From NCBI GenBank assembly GCA_964016885.1, contig OZ024753.1, positions 26,660,001 to 26,724,000 on the forward strand: DNA of 64,000 nt. Direction: 5' to 3'. This DNA comes from Eledone cirrhosa. Its lineage: Eukaryota. Shown here one piece after another: positions 50,286-61,772 of the stretch (its first letter is position 1; each line of letters begins with the position of its first letter). Below the pieces are notes generated by a model. The model did no database searches and had not been told where the DNA came from. It saw only the letters and a program-made list of their open reading frames with translations. The position numbers and the translations under genes were made by a program.

Positions 50286-50802
50286 AAGGCTTGGTGTTGG
50301 GGTTTAAGTCTAAGTCTAAGGATTGGGTTTGGGGTTTAATTCTATGTCTAAGGCTTGGGGTTGGGGTTTAAGTCTAATGCTAATGCTTGTGCAACTCTAA
50401 TCCGGGCGGAAGGCGGCAGTCGGCAGGAGGCCTCGTGTCGCGTATACACACCGCCTTGCCGCCTGCCTTTTCCGGCAGCGACTCGCAAGCGTACGTGTTG
50501 GTGGCGGAACCGCCCAGACGGCGGGCTGGATTCCTTCTCGCCGTCTACACGGGGCCTCCCCGAAGGAAGCTAGATGGCGGAGTGTCGTCGTCGAATCTAC
50601 ACCACGCCGCCCTTCGGCCGTTGTTGGCTGGATTCCCCGGCAGCGACGCGCAAACACACGTTTCTGTAGCGGCGGACTCGGCACGCATCATCGGCGGAAC
50701 ACGGATCTGTGGCGGAGGCAGAGGGCGGGTGTTAACGTGCAAGCGGGGTGGACGAGAACTGGTCGGCAGCTCGTTCGAGAACATGTCGGCAGCTCGTTCG
50801 AG
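50286..50802. repeat. CpG-rich non-telomeric island, copy 1 (core 50387-50802) with a conserved ~100-bp TAAGTC/TAATGC leader
   Basis: GC- and CpG-dense complex sequence that aligns by eye to 61279-61772 and 63786-64000. It ends in a tandem pair of GTCGGCAGCTCGTTCGAG that is single in copy 2. Confidence 0.92.
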
Positions 50803-53800
50803 GGTTGAGTTTGGGGTTGGGGTTGGTAGTGGGGTTAGGGTTTGGGTTTGGGTTAGGGTTAGGGTTAATGGTATGGTTTGGGTTAGGGTTTGCGTTAGGG
50901 TTACGATTAGGGTTTGGGATAGGGTTAGGGTTAGGGTTAGTTTTACTGTAAGGGTTAGGGTCAGGTTTAGGGTTACGTTTTGGGTTTGGGTTAGGATTAG
51001 TTTTAGGGTTTGGGTTTGGGTTAGGGTTAGGGTTAGAGTTACGTCTACGGTTAGGTTTAGGGTTAGGGTATGTGTTTGGGATAGGTTTAGGGTTAAGGTT
51101 AGTGTTAAAGTTAGGGTTAGGGTTATGTTTAGCGTTAGGGTTAGGGTTTGGGTTAGGGTTACGGTTGGGGTTCGGGTTCGGGTTGAGGTTACCGTTGGTG
51201 ATAGGGTTGGGCTTAGGGTTATGGTTTGGTTTAGGGTTAGGGTTTGGGTTAGGGTTAGGATTAGGGTTAGGGTTATCGTTTGGGTTAGGGTTAGGTTTAG
51301 GTTTACGGTTAGGGTTGGGGGTAGGGTTGCAATTAGGGTTAGGTTAGGGTTTGGGTTAGGTTTGGGGTTAGGGTTAGGGTTGGGATTAGGGTTGTGCTTA
51401 TGTTTGGGGTTAGGGTTGGGGTTAGGGTTAGGGTTAGGGTTAAGGTTAGGGTGAGTGTTAGGGTTATCGTTTGGGTTTGGGTTAGGTTTAGGTTTAGGGA
51501 TAGTGTTAGGGGTAGGGTTGCGCTTAGGGTTCGGTTAGGTTTGGGGTTAGGGTTAGTATTAGAGTTGGGATTAGGGTTGGGCTTATGTTTGGGGTTAGGG
51601 TTAGTGATAGGGCTTGGATTAGGGTTAGGGTTAGGGTTAGGGTTTGGGTTTGTGTTAGGGTTAGTGCTTGGGTTTGGTTTCGGGTTAGGATTAATGTTAA
51701 GGTTTGGGTTAGCGTTATGGTTAGTGTTAGGGTTAGTGTTTGGGTTGGGGTTTGGGTTAGGGTTAGAGATAGGGTTAGAGTTAGGGTTGGGGTTAGTGTT
51801 AGCGTTGGGGATAGGGTTAGTGTTAGGGCTAGGGTTAGGGTTAGGATTAGGGTTAGGATTACGGTTGCAGTTGTGATTGGGGTTGGGGCTAGCGTTGGGG
51901 ATAGGGTTGAGGTTAGAGTTAGGGTTAGAGTTAGGGTTGGGGTTAGGGATAGGGTTATCGTTTGGGTTAGGGTTAGGGTTAAGTGTAGGTTTAGGGTTAT
52001 GGTTTTGGGTTAGGGTTAGAGTTTGGATTAGGGTTACGGTTAGGTTTAGGTCTAGGGTTTGGGTTAGGGTTAGTGTTACGGTTTGGGTTAGGGTGTGGGT
52101 TAGGGTTAGGGTTTGGATTTGGGTTAGGGTTTCGGTTAGGTTTGGGGTTCGGGTTGGGGTTCGGGTTAGCGTTGGTGATAGGGTTGGTGTTAGAGTTAGG
52201 GTTAGGGTTATGGTTTGGTTTAGGGTTAGGGTTTGGGTTAGGGTTAGCGTTGGGGTTAGGGTTAAGGTTTGGGTTAGGGTGTGCGTTAGGGTTAGTGTTA
52301 GGGTTAGTGTTTGGGTTGGGTTGGGGTGGGGTTGGGGTGCGTGTTAAGGTTGGGGTTAGGGTTGAGTTTCGGATTAGGGTTAGGGTTTGAGATAGTGTTA
52401 GAGTTAGGCTTGGGGTTAGTGTTAGCGTTGGGGTTAGTGTTAGTGTTAGGATTACGGTTGCAGTTGTGGTTGGGGTTGGGGCTAGCGTTGGGGTTAGAGT
52501 TAGGGTGAGAATTAGAGTTGGGGTCAGGGTTAGCGTTGGGGTAGGGTTAGTGTTAGCGTTTTGGTTAGGGTTAGGTTCAGAGTTATCTTTTGGGTTATGG
52601 TTAGGGGTAGGGGTAGGGTTAGGGTTATGGTTTGGGGTTAGGGTTAGGGTTAGGGTTAGTGTTAGGGTTAGTGTTAGGGTTTGGATTAGGGTTAGGGTTA
52701 GGGTTTGGGTTTGGGTTAGGTTTAGGGCTTGGTTTTGGGTTTGGTTTCGGGTTAGGGTTAGTGTTAAGGTTTGTGTTAGGGTGTGCGTTAAGGTTAGGAT
52801 TATGGTTAGTGTTAGGATTAGGGTTAGGTTTAGCGTTAGGGTTAGTGTTAGGGTTAGTGATTGGGTTGGGGTGGGGTTGGGGTGCGGGTTAATGTTGGGG
52901 TTAGGGTTGAGTTTCAGGTTAGGGTTAGGGTTACAGATAGTGTTAGGGTTAGGGTTAGGATTAGAGATTGTGTTAGAGTTAGGTTTGGAGTTAGTGTTAG
53001 CGTTGGGGTTAGGGTTAGGATTACGGTTGTAGATGTGATTGGGGTTGGGGCTAGCGTTGGGGATAGGGTTGCGGTTAGAGTTAGTGTTAGAGTTAGTGTT
53101 GGGGTTAGGGTTAGCGTTCGTGTTAGGGTTAGGGTTAGGGTTAGGGCTTGCGTTAGGATTAGGTTTAGGGTTTGGGTTAGGGTTTGGGTTAGGGTTTGGG
53201 TTAGTGTTAGGCTTAGCGTTAGGGTTAGGTTTAGGGTTAGTGTTTGGGTTGGGGTTGGGGTGCGTGAGGGTGTTGAGGTGGAGGTTAGAGGTGGAGTTAG
53301 GGTTAGGGTTAGGGTTAAGGTTAGGGTCAGTGTTGTGGTTTGGGTTAGGGTTAGGTTTTGTGTTTGGCTTAGGGTTAGGCGATGGGGTTAGGTTTAGGGT
53401 TAGGGTTTTGGGTTTGGTTTCGGGTTAGGGTTAGTGTTAGTGTTAAGATTTGGGTTAGGTTGTGCGTTAGGGTTAGGGTTAGTGTCAGGATTAGGGTTAC
53501 GGTTAGGGTTAGGGTTAGGGTTTGGGTTTGGGTTTGGGTTAGGGTTTGTGTTAGGGTTAGGGTTAGGGTTTGGGTTTGGGTTAGGGTTAGGTTTATGTTT
53601 AGGGTTATTGTTTATGTTAGGGCTCGGGTTAGGATTTGGGTTAGGGTTATTGTTAGTGTTACTGCTAGGGTTAGGGTTTGGGTTTGTGTTACGGTTTGAG
53701 TTAAGGTTAGGTTTACTGTTAGTGTTTGGGTTAGTGTAAGGGTTAGTGTTAGGGTTACGTTTCCGGTTGGCGTTGCGGTTGGGGTTAGCGTTGGGGATAG

Positions 53801-56800
53801 GGTTAGAGTTAGGGTTAGGGTTAGGGTTTGGGTTTGGGTTAGGTTTATGGTTAGGGTTAGGATTAGGGTTAGGGTTTGCGTTAGGTTTAACTTTACGGTT
53901 AGGGTTACAGTTTGGGTTTGGGTTAGGTTTAGGGTTAAGGTTTGGGTTAGGGTTAGCGCTAGGGTTAGTGTTAAGGGTAGGGTTAGTGTTAGGTTTAGTG
54001 TTAAGGTTTGGGTTAGGGTGTGCGTTAGGGTTAGGGTTAGCGTTTGGGATGGGTTAGGGTTCAAGTTAGAGTGAGGGTTTGGGTTTGGGTTAGGGTTAGG
54101 GTTAGAGTTACGGCTACGGTTAGGTTTAGGGTTAGGGTTTGGGTTAGGGTTAGGGTTAGCGATAGGGTTACGGTTAGTGTTAGGTTAGGGTTTGGGTTAG
54201 GGTTAGGTTTATATTTAGGGTTATTGTTTATGTTAGTGCTCGGGTTAGGATTAGGGTTAGGGTTAGGGTTTGGGTTAGGATTTGGGTTAGGGTTATTAGT
54301 GTTACTGCTAGGGTTAGGGTTTGGGTATGGGTTAGTATTTGTGTTAGGGTTAGGGTTACGGTTAGTGTTTGGGTTAGTGTTAGGGTTAGAGTTACGTTTC
54401 CGGTTGGCGTTGCGGTTAGCGTTGGGCATAGGGTTAGGGTTAGTGTTTGGGTTAGGGTTAGGGGTAGGGTTTGGGTTAGCGTTAGGGTTAGGTTGAGGGT
54501 TAGCGTTAGGGTTAAGGTTAGGTTTTGGGTTAGGTTTAGGCTTAGGGTTACGGTTTGGGTTTGGGTTAGGTTTAGGGTTAGGGTTAGGGTTTGGGTTAGG
54601 CTTAGGGTTAAGGTTAGTGTTAAGGGTAGGGTTAGGGTTATGTTTAGGGTTAGGGTTAGGGTTTGGGTTAGGGTTATGGTTGGGGTTGGGGTTCGGGTTG
54701 AGGTTAGCGTTGGTGATAGGGTTGGGGTTAGGGTTATGGTTTGGTTAGGGTTAGGGTTAGAGATAGGGTTAGGGTTAGGGTTAGGGTTTGGGTTAGGGTT
54801 AGGGTTATGGTTAGGGTTAGTGTTAGGGTTAGGTTTAGGGTTAGGGTTTGGGTTAGGGTTAGGGTTTGGGTTAGTGTTAGGGTTAGTGTTAAGGTTTGGG
54901 TTAGGGTTAGTGTTAGGATTAGGGTTACGGTTAGATTAAGGGTTAGGGTTTGGGTTTGGGTTAGGGTTAGCGTTAGGGTTAGTGTTAGTGTTGGGGTTAG
55001 GGTTAGAGTTAAGCTTAGGGTTTGGGTTAGGGACGGTTAGAGCTAGGGTTAGGGTTTGGGTTAGGGTTAGAGTTAGGGTTAGGATTATCGTTTGGGTTAG
55101 GGTTAGGTTTAGGTTTAGGGATAGTGTTAGGGGTAGGGTTGCGCTTAGGGTTCGGTTAGGTTTGGGGTTAGGGTTAGGGTTAGGGTTGGGATTAGGGTTG
55201 GGCTTATGTTTGGGGTTAGGGTTAGGGTTAGGGTCTGGGTTTGTGTTAGGGCTAGGGCTTGGGTTTGGTTTCGGGTTAGGGTTAGTGTTAAGGTTTGGGT
55301 TAGGGTTAGTGTTAGGATTAGGGTTACGATTAGGTTTAGGGCTAGGTTTTGGGTTTGGGTTAAGGTTAGCGTTAGGGTTAGTGTTAGGGTTGGGTTTAGG
55401 GTTAGGGTTAGAGATAGTGTTAGAGTTAGGGTTGGGCTTAGTGTTAGAGTTGGGGTTAGGGTTAGTGTTAGGGTTAGGGTTAGGCTTAGGGTTAGGATTA
55501 GGTTAAGGATTACGGTTGCAGTTGTGATTGGGGTTCGGGGCTAGCGTTGGGGATAGGGATGGGGTTAGAGTTAGGGTTAGAGTTAGGGTTGGATTAGAGT
55601 TAGGGTTGGGGTTACGGTTGGGCTTAGGGTTAGGGTTTGGGTTATGGTTACGGTTAGGTTTAGGGTTAGGGTTAGGTGTAGCTTTAGGGTTATGGTTTTG
55701 GGTTAGGGTTAGGGTTAGTGTTAGGGTTTGGATTAGGGTTACGCTTAGGTTTAGGGTTAGGGTTTGGCTTAGGGTTAGTGTTAAGGTTTGGGTTAGGGTT
55801 AGGGTTAGGGTTTGGGTTAGGGTTAGTGTCAGGGTTTGGATTAGGGTTAGGTTTAGGTTTATGGTTAGGGTTAGCGTTAGTGTTAGGGTTTGGATTAGAG
55901 TTAGGGTTAGGGTTAGTGTTATGGTTTGGGTTTGGGTTAGGGTTAGGGCTTGGGTTTGGTTTCGGGTTAGGGTTAGTGTTAAGGTTTGGGTTAGGGTGTG
56001 CGTTAGGGTTAGGGTTAGTGTTAGGATTAGGGTTACGATTAGGTTTAGGGTTAGGGTTTGGGTTAGGGTTAGCGTTAGGGTTAGTGTTAGGGTTAGGATT
56101 AGGATTACGGTTGCCGTTGTGTTTGGGGTTGGGGTTAGCGTTGGGTATATGGTTGGGGTTAGAGTTAGGGTTAGGGTTAACGTTAAGGTTAGGGCTAGGG
56201 TTTGGGTTAGGGTTAGAGTTATCGTTTGGGTTAGGGTTAGTGTTAGGGGTAGGGTTAGGTTTAGTGTTAGGGTTAGTGTTAGGGTTTGGGTTTGGGTTAG
56301 CTTTAGGGCTTGGGTTTGGGTTTGGTTACGGCTTAGGGTTAGGGTTAGTGTTAAGATTTGGGTTAGGCTGTGCGTTAGGGTTAGGGTTAGGGTTAGTGTT
56401 AGGATTAGGGTTACGGTTAGGTTTAGGGTTAGGGTTTGATTAGGGTTAGGTTTTGGGTTAGGGTTCGAGTTAGGGTGAGGAGTTGGGTTTGGTTTAGGGT
56501 TAGGGTTCGGGTTAGGGTTAGGGTTAGGGTTAGGGTTTGCGTTAGGGTTTGGGTTAGGGCTTGGGTTTGGTTTCGGGTTAGGGTTAGTGTTAAGGTTTGG
56601 GTTAGGGTGTGCGTTAGGGTTAGGGTTAGTGTTAGGATTAGGGTTACGATTAGGTTTAGGGTTAGTGTTTGGGTTAGGGTTAGCGTTAGGGTTAGTGCTA
56701 GGGTTAGGATTAGGATTACGGTTGCCGTTGTGTTTGGGGTTGGGGTTAGCGTTGGGGATATGGTTGGGGTTAGAGTTAGGGTTAGGGTTAACGTTAGGGT

Positions 56801-59800
56801 TAGGGCTAGGGTTTGGGTTAGGGTTAGAGTTATCGTTTGGGTTAGGGTTAGTGTTAGGGGTAGGGTTAGGTTTAGTGTTAGGGTTAGTGTTAGGGTTTGG
56901 GTTTGGGTTAGCTTTAGGGCTTGGGTTTGGGTTTGGTTACGGGTTAGGGTTAGGGTTAGTGTTAAGATTTGGGTTAGGCTGTGCGTTAGGGTTAGGGTTA
57001 GGGTTAGTGTTAGGATTAGGGTTACGGTTAGGTTTAGGGTTAGGGTTTGATTAGGGTTAGGTTTTGGGTTAGGGTTCGAGTTAGGGTGAGGAGTTGGGTT
57101 TGGTTTAGGGTTAGGGTTCGGGTTAGGGTTAGGGTTAGGGTTAGGGTTTGCGTTAGGGTTTGGGTTACGGTTACGGTTATTGTTTGGGTTAGTGTTAGGC
57201 TTAGCGTTAGTTTTTCGTTTGGGGTGCGTGAGGGTGTTGGGGTGGGGGTTAGAGGTGGAGTTAGTGTTAGGGTTAAGGTTAGGGTTAGTGTTGAGGTTTG
57301 GGTTTGAGTTAGGGTTAGGTTTTGTGTTTGGGTTAGGGTTAGCGATAGGGTTAGGGTTAGGGTAGGGTTTGTGTTAGGGTTTGGGTTTGGGTTTGGGTTA
57401 GGGTTAGGTTTATGTTTATGGTTATTGTTTATGTTAGGATTAGGGTTACGGTTAGTGTTAGGGTTTGGGTTAGGATTTGGGTTAGGGTTATTGTTAGTGT
57501 TACTGCTAGGGTTAGGTTTTGTGTTTGTGTTAGGGTTTGGGTTAAGGTTAGGTTTACGGTTAGTGTTTAGTTTAGTGTAAAGGTTAGTGTTAAGGTTAGG
57601 GTTACGTTTCCGGTTGGGGTTGCGGTTGGGGTTAGCGTTGGGGATAGGGTTAGGTTTATGGTTAGGGTTAGGGTTAAGGTTTCCGTTAGGTTTAGGGTTA
57701 CGGTTTGGGTTTGGGTTAGATTTAGGGTTAGGATTTGGGTTAGGGTTAGTTTTAATGGTAGGGTTAGGGTTAGGGTTAGTGTTAAGGTTTGGGTTAGAGT
57801 GTGCGTTTGGGTTAGGGTTAGTGTTAGGGTTAGCGTTAGGGTTAGTGTTTGGGTTGTGGTTGGGGTGGGGTTGGTGTGCGGGTGGGTGTTGGTTTGGGGG
57901 TTAGTTGAGGAGTTTAGGGTTAAGGTTAAGGTTAAGGTTAGAGTTAGTGTTGGGGTTTGGGTTAGGGTTAGGTTTTGGGTTTGGGTTAGGGTTAGCGATA
58001 GGATTAGGGTTAGGGTTAGGTTTAGGTTAGGGTTTGGGTTTGGGTTAGGTTTTGTTTAGGGTTATTGTTTATGTTAGTGCTCGGATTAGGATTAGGGTTA
58101 GGGTTAGGGTTTGGTTTAGGGTTATTGTTAATGTTACTGCTAGGGTTAGGGTTTGGGTTTGGGTTCGGGATACGGTTAGTGTTTGGGTTAGTGTTAGGGT
58201 TAGAGTTAGGGTTAGTGTTAGTGTTAGGGTTAGGGTTACGTTTTCGTTTGGGGTTGCGGTTGGGGTTAGCGTTGGGGATAGGGTTACGGTTAGGGTTTGG
58301 GTTAGGTTTAGGGTTACGATTTGGGTTTGGGTTAGGTTTAGGGTTAGGGTTTGGGTTAGGCTTAGGGTCAGTGTTAAGGGTAGGGTTAGGGTTATGTTTA
58401 CGGTTAGGGTTAGGGATTGGGTTAGGGTTACGGTTTGGGTTGCGGTTCGGGTTGGGGTTCGGGTTGGGGTTGAAGTTAGCGTTGGTGATAGGGTTGGGGT
58501 TAGAGTTAGGGTTATGGTTTGGTTTAGGGTTAGGGTTAGGGTTTGGGTTAGGGTTAGATTTGGGTTAGGGTTAGAGCTAGTGTTAGTGTTAGGGTTAGGG
58601 TTACGATTACGTTTGCTCTTATGATTGGGGTTGGGGTTAGCGTTGGGTATAGGGTTGGGGTTAGAGTTAGGATTAGCGTTAAGGTTATGTTTTGGGTTAT
58701 GGAGGGTTAGGGCTAGGGTTTGGGTTATGGAGGGTTAGGGTTAGGGTTGGGGTTAGGGTTAGGGTTAGGGTTAGGTTTAGGTTTAGGGTTAGGGTTTGGG
58801 TTAGGTTTAGGGTTACGGTTTGGGTTTGGTTTAGGGTTAGGGTTAGGGTTAGGGTTTGGGTTAGGGTTAGGGATAGGGTTAGTGTTAAGGGTAGGGTTAT
58901 GGTTATGTTCAGGGTTAGGGTTAGGGTTTGGGTTAGGGTTACGGTTGGGGTTCGGGTTCGGGTTGGGGTTCGGGTTAGCGTTGTTGATAGGGTTTGGTTA
59001 GAGTTAGGGTTAGGGTATGGTTATGGTTCGGGTTAGGCTTATGTTAGGGTTAGTGTTAGGGTTAGGTTTATGGTTAGGGTTAGCGTTAGTGTTAGGGTTT
59101 GGTTTTGGGGTACTGTTAGGGTTTAGGTTTGGGTTTGGGTTAGGGTTAGGGCTTGGGTTTGGGTTTGGTTTCGGGTTACGGTTAGGGTTAGTGTTAATGT
59201 TTGGGTTAGGGTGTGGGTTAGGGTTAGGGTTAGTGTTATGATTAGGGTTACGGTTAGGTTTAGGGTTAGGGTAAGTGTTAGGGTTAGAGATAGTGTTAGA
59301 GTTAGGGTTGGGGTTAGTGTTAGCGTTGGGGTTAGGGTTAGTGTTAGGGTTGGGGTTAGGGTTAGGATTAGGGTTAGGATTACGGTTGCAGTTGTGGTTG
59401 CGGTTGGGGCTAGCGTTGGGGTTAGGGTTGAGTTTCGGGTTAGGGTAAGGGTTAGGGTTAGAGATAGTGTTAGAGTTAGGGTTGGGGTTAGTGTTAGCGT
59501 TGGGGTTAGGGTTAATGTTAGGGTTAGGGTTAGGGTTAGGATTAGGGTTAGGATTACGGTTGCAGTTGTGGTTGCGGTTGGGGCTAGCGTTGGGGATGGG
59601 GTTGGGGTTAGAGTTAGGGTTTGAGTTAGGGTTGGGGTTAGGGTTAGCTTTGGGGTTAGGGTTAGGGTTAGGGGTAGGGTTAGGGTTATGGTTTGAGGTT
59701 AGGGTTAGGGTTAGTGTTAGGGTTTGGATTAGGGTTAGGGTTAGGGTTTGGGTTTGGGATAGGTTTAGGGCTTGGGTTTGGGTTTGGTTTCGTGTTAGGG

Positions 59801-61278
59801 TTAGTGTTAAGCTTTGGCTTAGGGTGTGGGTTAGGGTTAGTGTTAGGATCAGGGTTACGGTTAGGTTTAGGGTTTGGGTTAGGGTTCGAGTTAGGGTGAG
59901 TGTTTGGTTTAGGGTTAGGGCTAGCGTTAGGGTTAGGTTTAGTGTTTGGGTTAGGGTTACGGTAAGTGTTTGGGTTAGTGTTAGGCTTAGCGTAATGGTT
60001 AGGTTTAGGGTTAGTGTTTGGGTTGAGGTTGGGGTGCGTGAGGGTGTTGGGGTGGGGGTTAGAGGTGGAGTTAAGTTTATGTTAGGGTTAAGGTTACGGT
60101 TAGGGTTGGGATTTGGGTTTCGGTTAGGGTTACGTTTTGTGTTTGGGTTAGGGTTAGCGATAGGGTTAGGGTTAGGGTTTCTGTTAGAGTTTGGGTTAGG
60201 GTTAGGTTTATGTTTAGGGTTATTGTTTATGTTAGGGCTCGGGTTAGGATTAGGGTTACGGTTAGGATTTGGGTTAGGGTTATTGTTAGTGTTACTGCTA
60301 GGGTTAGGGTTTGGGTTTGTGTTAGGGTTTGGGTTAAGGTTAGGTTTACGGTTAGTGTTTGTGTTAGTGTTAGGGTTAGGGTTAGGGTTACGTTTCCGGT
60401 TGGGGTTAGCGTTGGGGATAGGGTTAGGGTTAGTGTTAGGGTTTGGGTTAGGGTTAGTTTTAGGGTTAGGTTTATGGTTAGGGTTTGCGTTAGGTTTAGG
60501 GTTACGGTTAGGGTTACGGTTTGGGTTTGGGTTAGGTTTAGAGTTAGGGTTAGGGTTTGCGTTAGGCTTAGGGTTTGGGTTAGGGTTGGTGGTAGGGTTG
60601 GGGTTAGTGTTATGGTTATGGTTTGGTTTAGGGTTAGAGTTACGGTTAGGGTTTGGGTTAGGGTTAGGGTTATGGTTAGGGTTAGTGTTAGGGTTAGGGT
60701 TAGGGCTTGGGTTAGGGTTATGGTTTGTGTTAGTGTTAGGGTTAGAGTTAGTGTTAGGGTTAGGATTACGTTTTTGGTTATGGTTGGCGTTGAGGTTAGC
60801 GTTGGGGAAGCGTTGGGCTTAGGGTTATGGTTACGGTTAGGGTTTGGGTTAGGGAGGGTTAGAGCTAGGGTTAGGGTTAGGGTTAGGGTTTGGGTTAGGG
60901 TTATCGTTAGGGTTAGGTTTAGGTTTCGGGATAGTATTAGGGGTAGGGTTGCGCTTAGGGTTAGGTTAGGTTTGGGGTTAGGGTTAGGGTTAGGGTTGGG
61001 ATTAGGGTTGGTCTTATGTTTGGGGTTAAGGTTGCGGTTAGGAATGGGGTTAGGGTTAGGGTTAGGCTTAGGGTGATGTTTAGTGTTTGTGTTTGTGTTA
61101 GGGTTACGGTTTGGGTTAGGGTTAGGGTTAGGTTTATGATTGGGTTTAGGGTTGAGTTTTGGGTTGGGTTTGGGGTTGGGGTTGGTAGTGGGGTTAGTGT
61201 TAGGGTTAGGGTTTGGGTTAGGTTTAGGGTTAGGGTTAGGTTTAGGTTTTGGGTTAGGATTAGTGTTAGGGTTAGGGC
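50803..61278 (+). repeat. Degenerate (TTAGGG)n array, less homogenised
   Basis: Same variants and words, but I saw no multi-kb near-identical duplicates here. Confidence 0.96.
55942..57167 (+). repeat. 611-bp tandem duplication
   Basis: Markers TTGCCGTTGTGT, GTGAGGAGTTGGG and TTTGATTAGGG repeat at offset 611 (ORF starts 56436/57047). Confidence 0.88.
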
Positions 61279-61772
61279 TAAGGCTTTGTGTTGGGGTTTA
61301 AGTCTAAGTCTAAGGATTGGGTTTGGGGTTTAATTTTATGTCTAAGGCTTGGGGTTGGGTTTTAAGTCTAATGCTAATGCTTGTGGAATTATGATCCGGG
61401 AGAAAGGCGGCAGTCGGCAGGAGGCCTTGTGTTGCGTATACACACCACCTTGCGCATGCTTTTCCCGGCAGCGACTCGCAAGCGTACGTGTTGGTGGCGG
61501 AACCGCCCAGCCAGCGGGCTGGATTCCTTCCCGCCGTCTACATGGGGCCTTCCCGAAGGAAGCTAGATGGCGGCGTGTCGTCGTCGAAGCTACACCATGC
61601 CGCCGTTCAGGCGTCGTTGGCTGGATTCCCCGGCAGCGACGCACAAACACACGTGTCGGCAGCGGTGGACTCGGCACGCATCATCGGCGGAACACGTATC
61701 TGCGGCGGAGGCAGAGAGCGGGTGTTAATGTGCAAGCGGGGTGGACGAGAACTGGTCGGCAGCTCGTTCGAG
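61279..61772. repeat. CpG-rich island, copy 2 (core 61381-61772) with leader
   Basis: Colinear with copy 1; roughly 10% divergent by eye, with many changes at CpG sites. Confidence 0.92.

Noticed and set aside
50762-50802. Pol III B-box / tRNA-derived SINE (GTTCGAG)
   Set aside because: It does not complete GTTCRANNC, no A-box or cloverleaf is evident, and GTTCGAG also occurs as an ordinary array variant.
50387-50802. Telomerase RNA gene (pseudoknot next to template-like repeats)
   Set aside because: Multi-copy and embedded in the array; any template match is trivial here, and I could not identify CR4/5 or H/ACA domains.
50355-51454. ORFs across the CpG island (also 61342-61957)
   Set aside because: Copy 2 is frameshifted relative to copy 1, starts are mostly non-ATG, no domain is recognisable, and GC-rich DNA is stop-poor.
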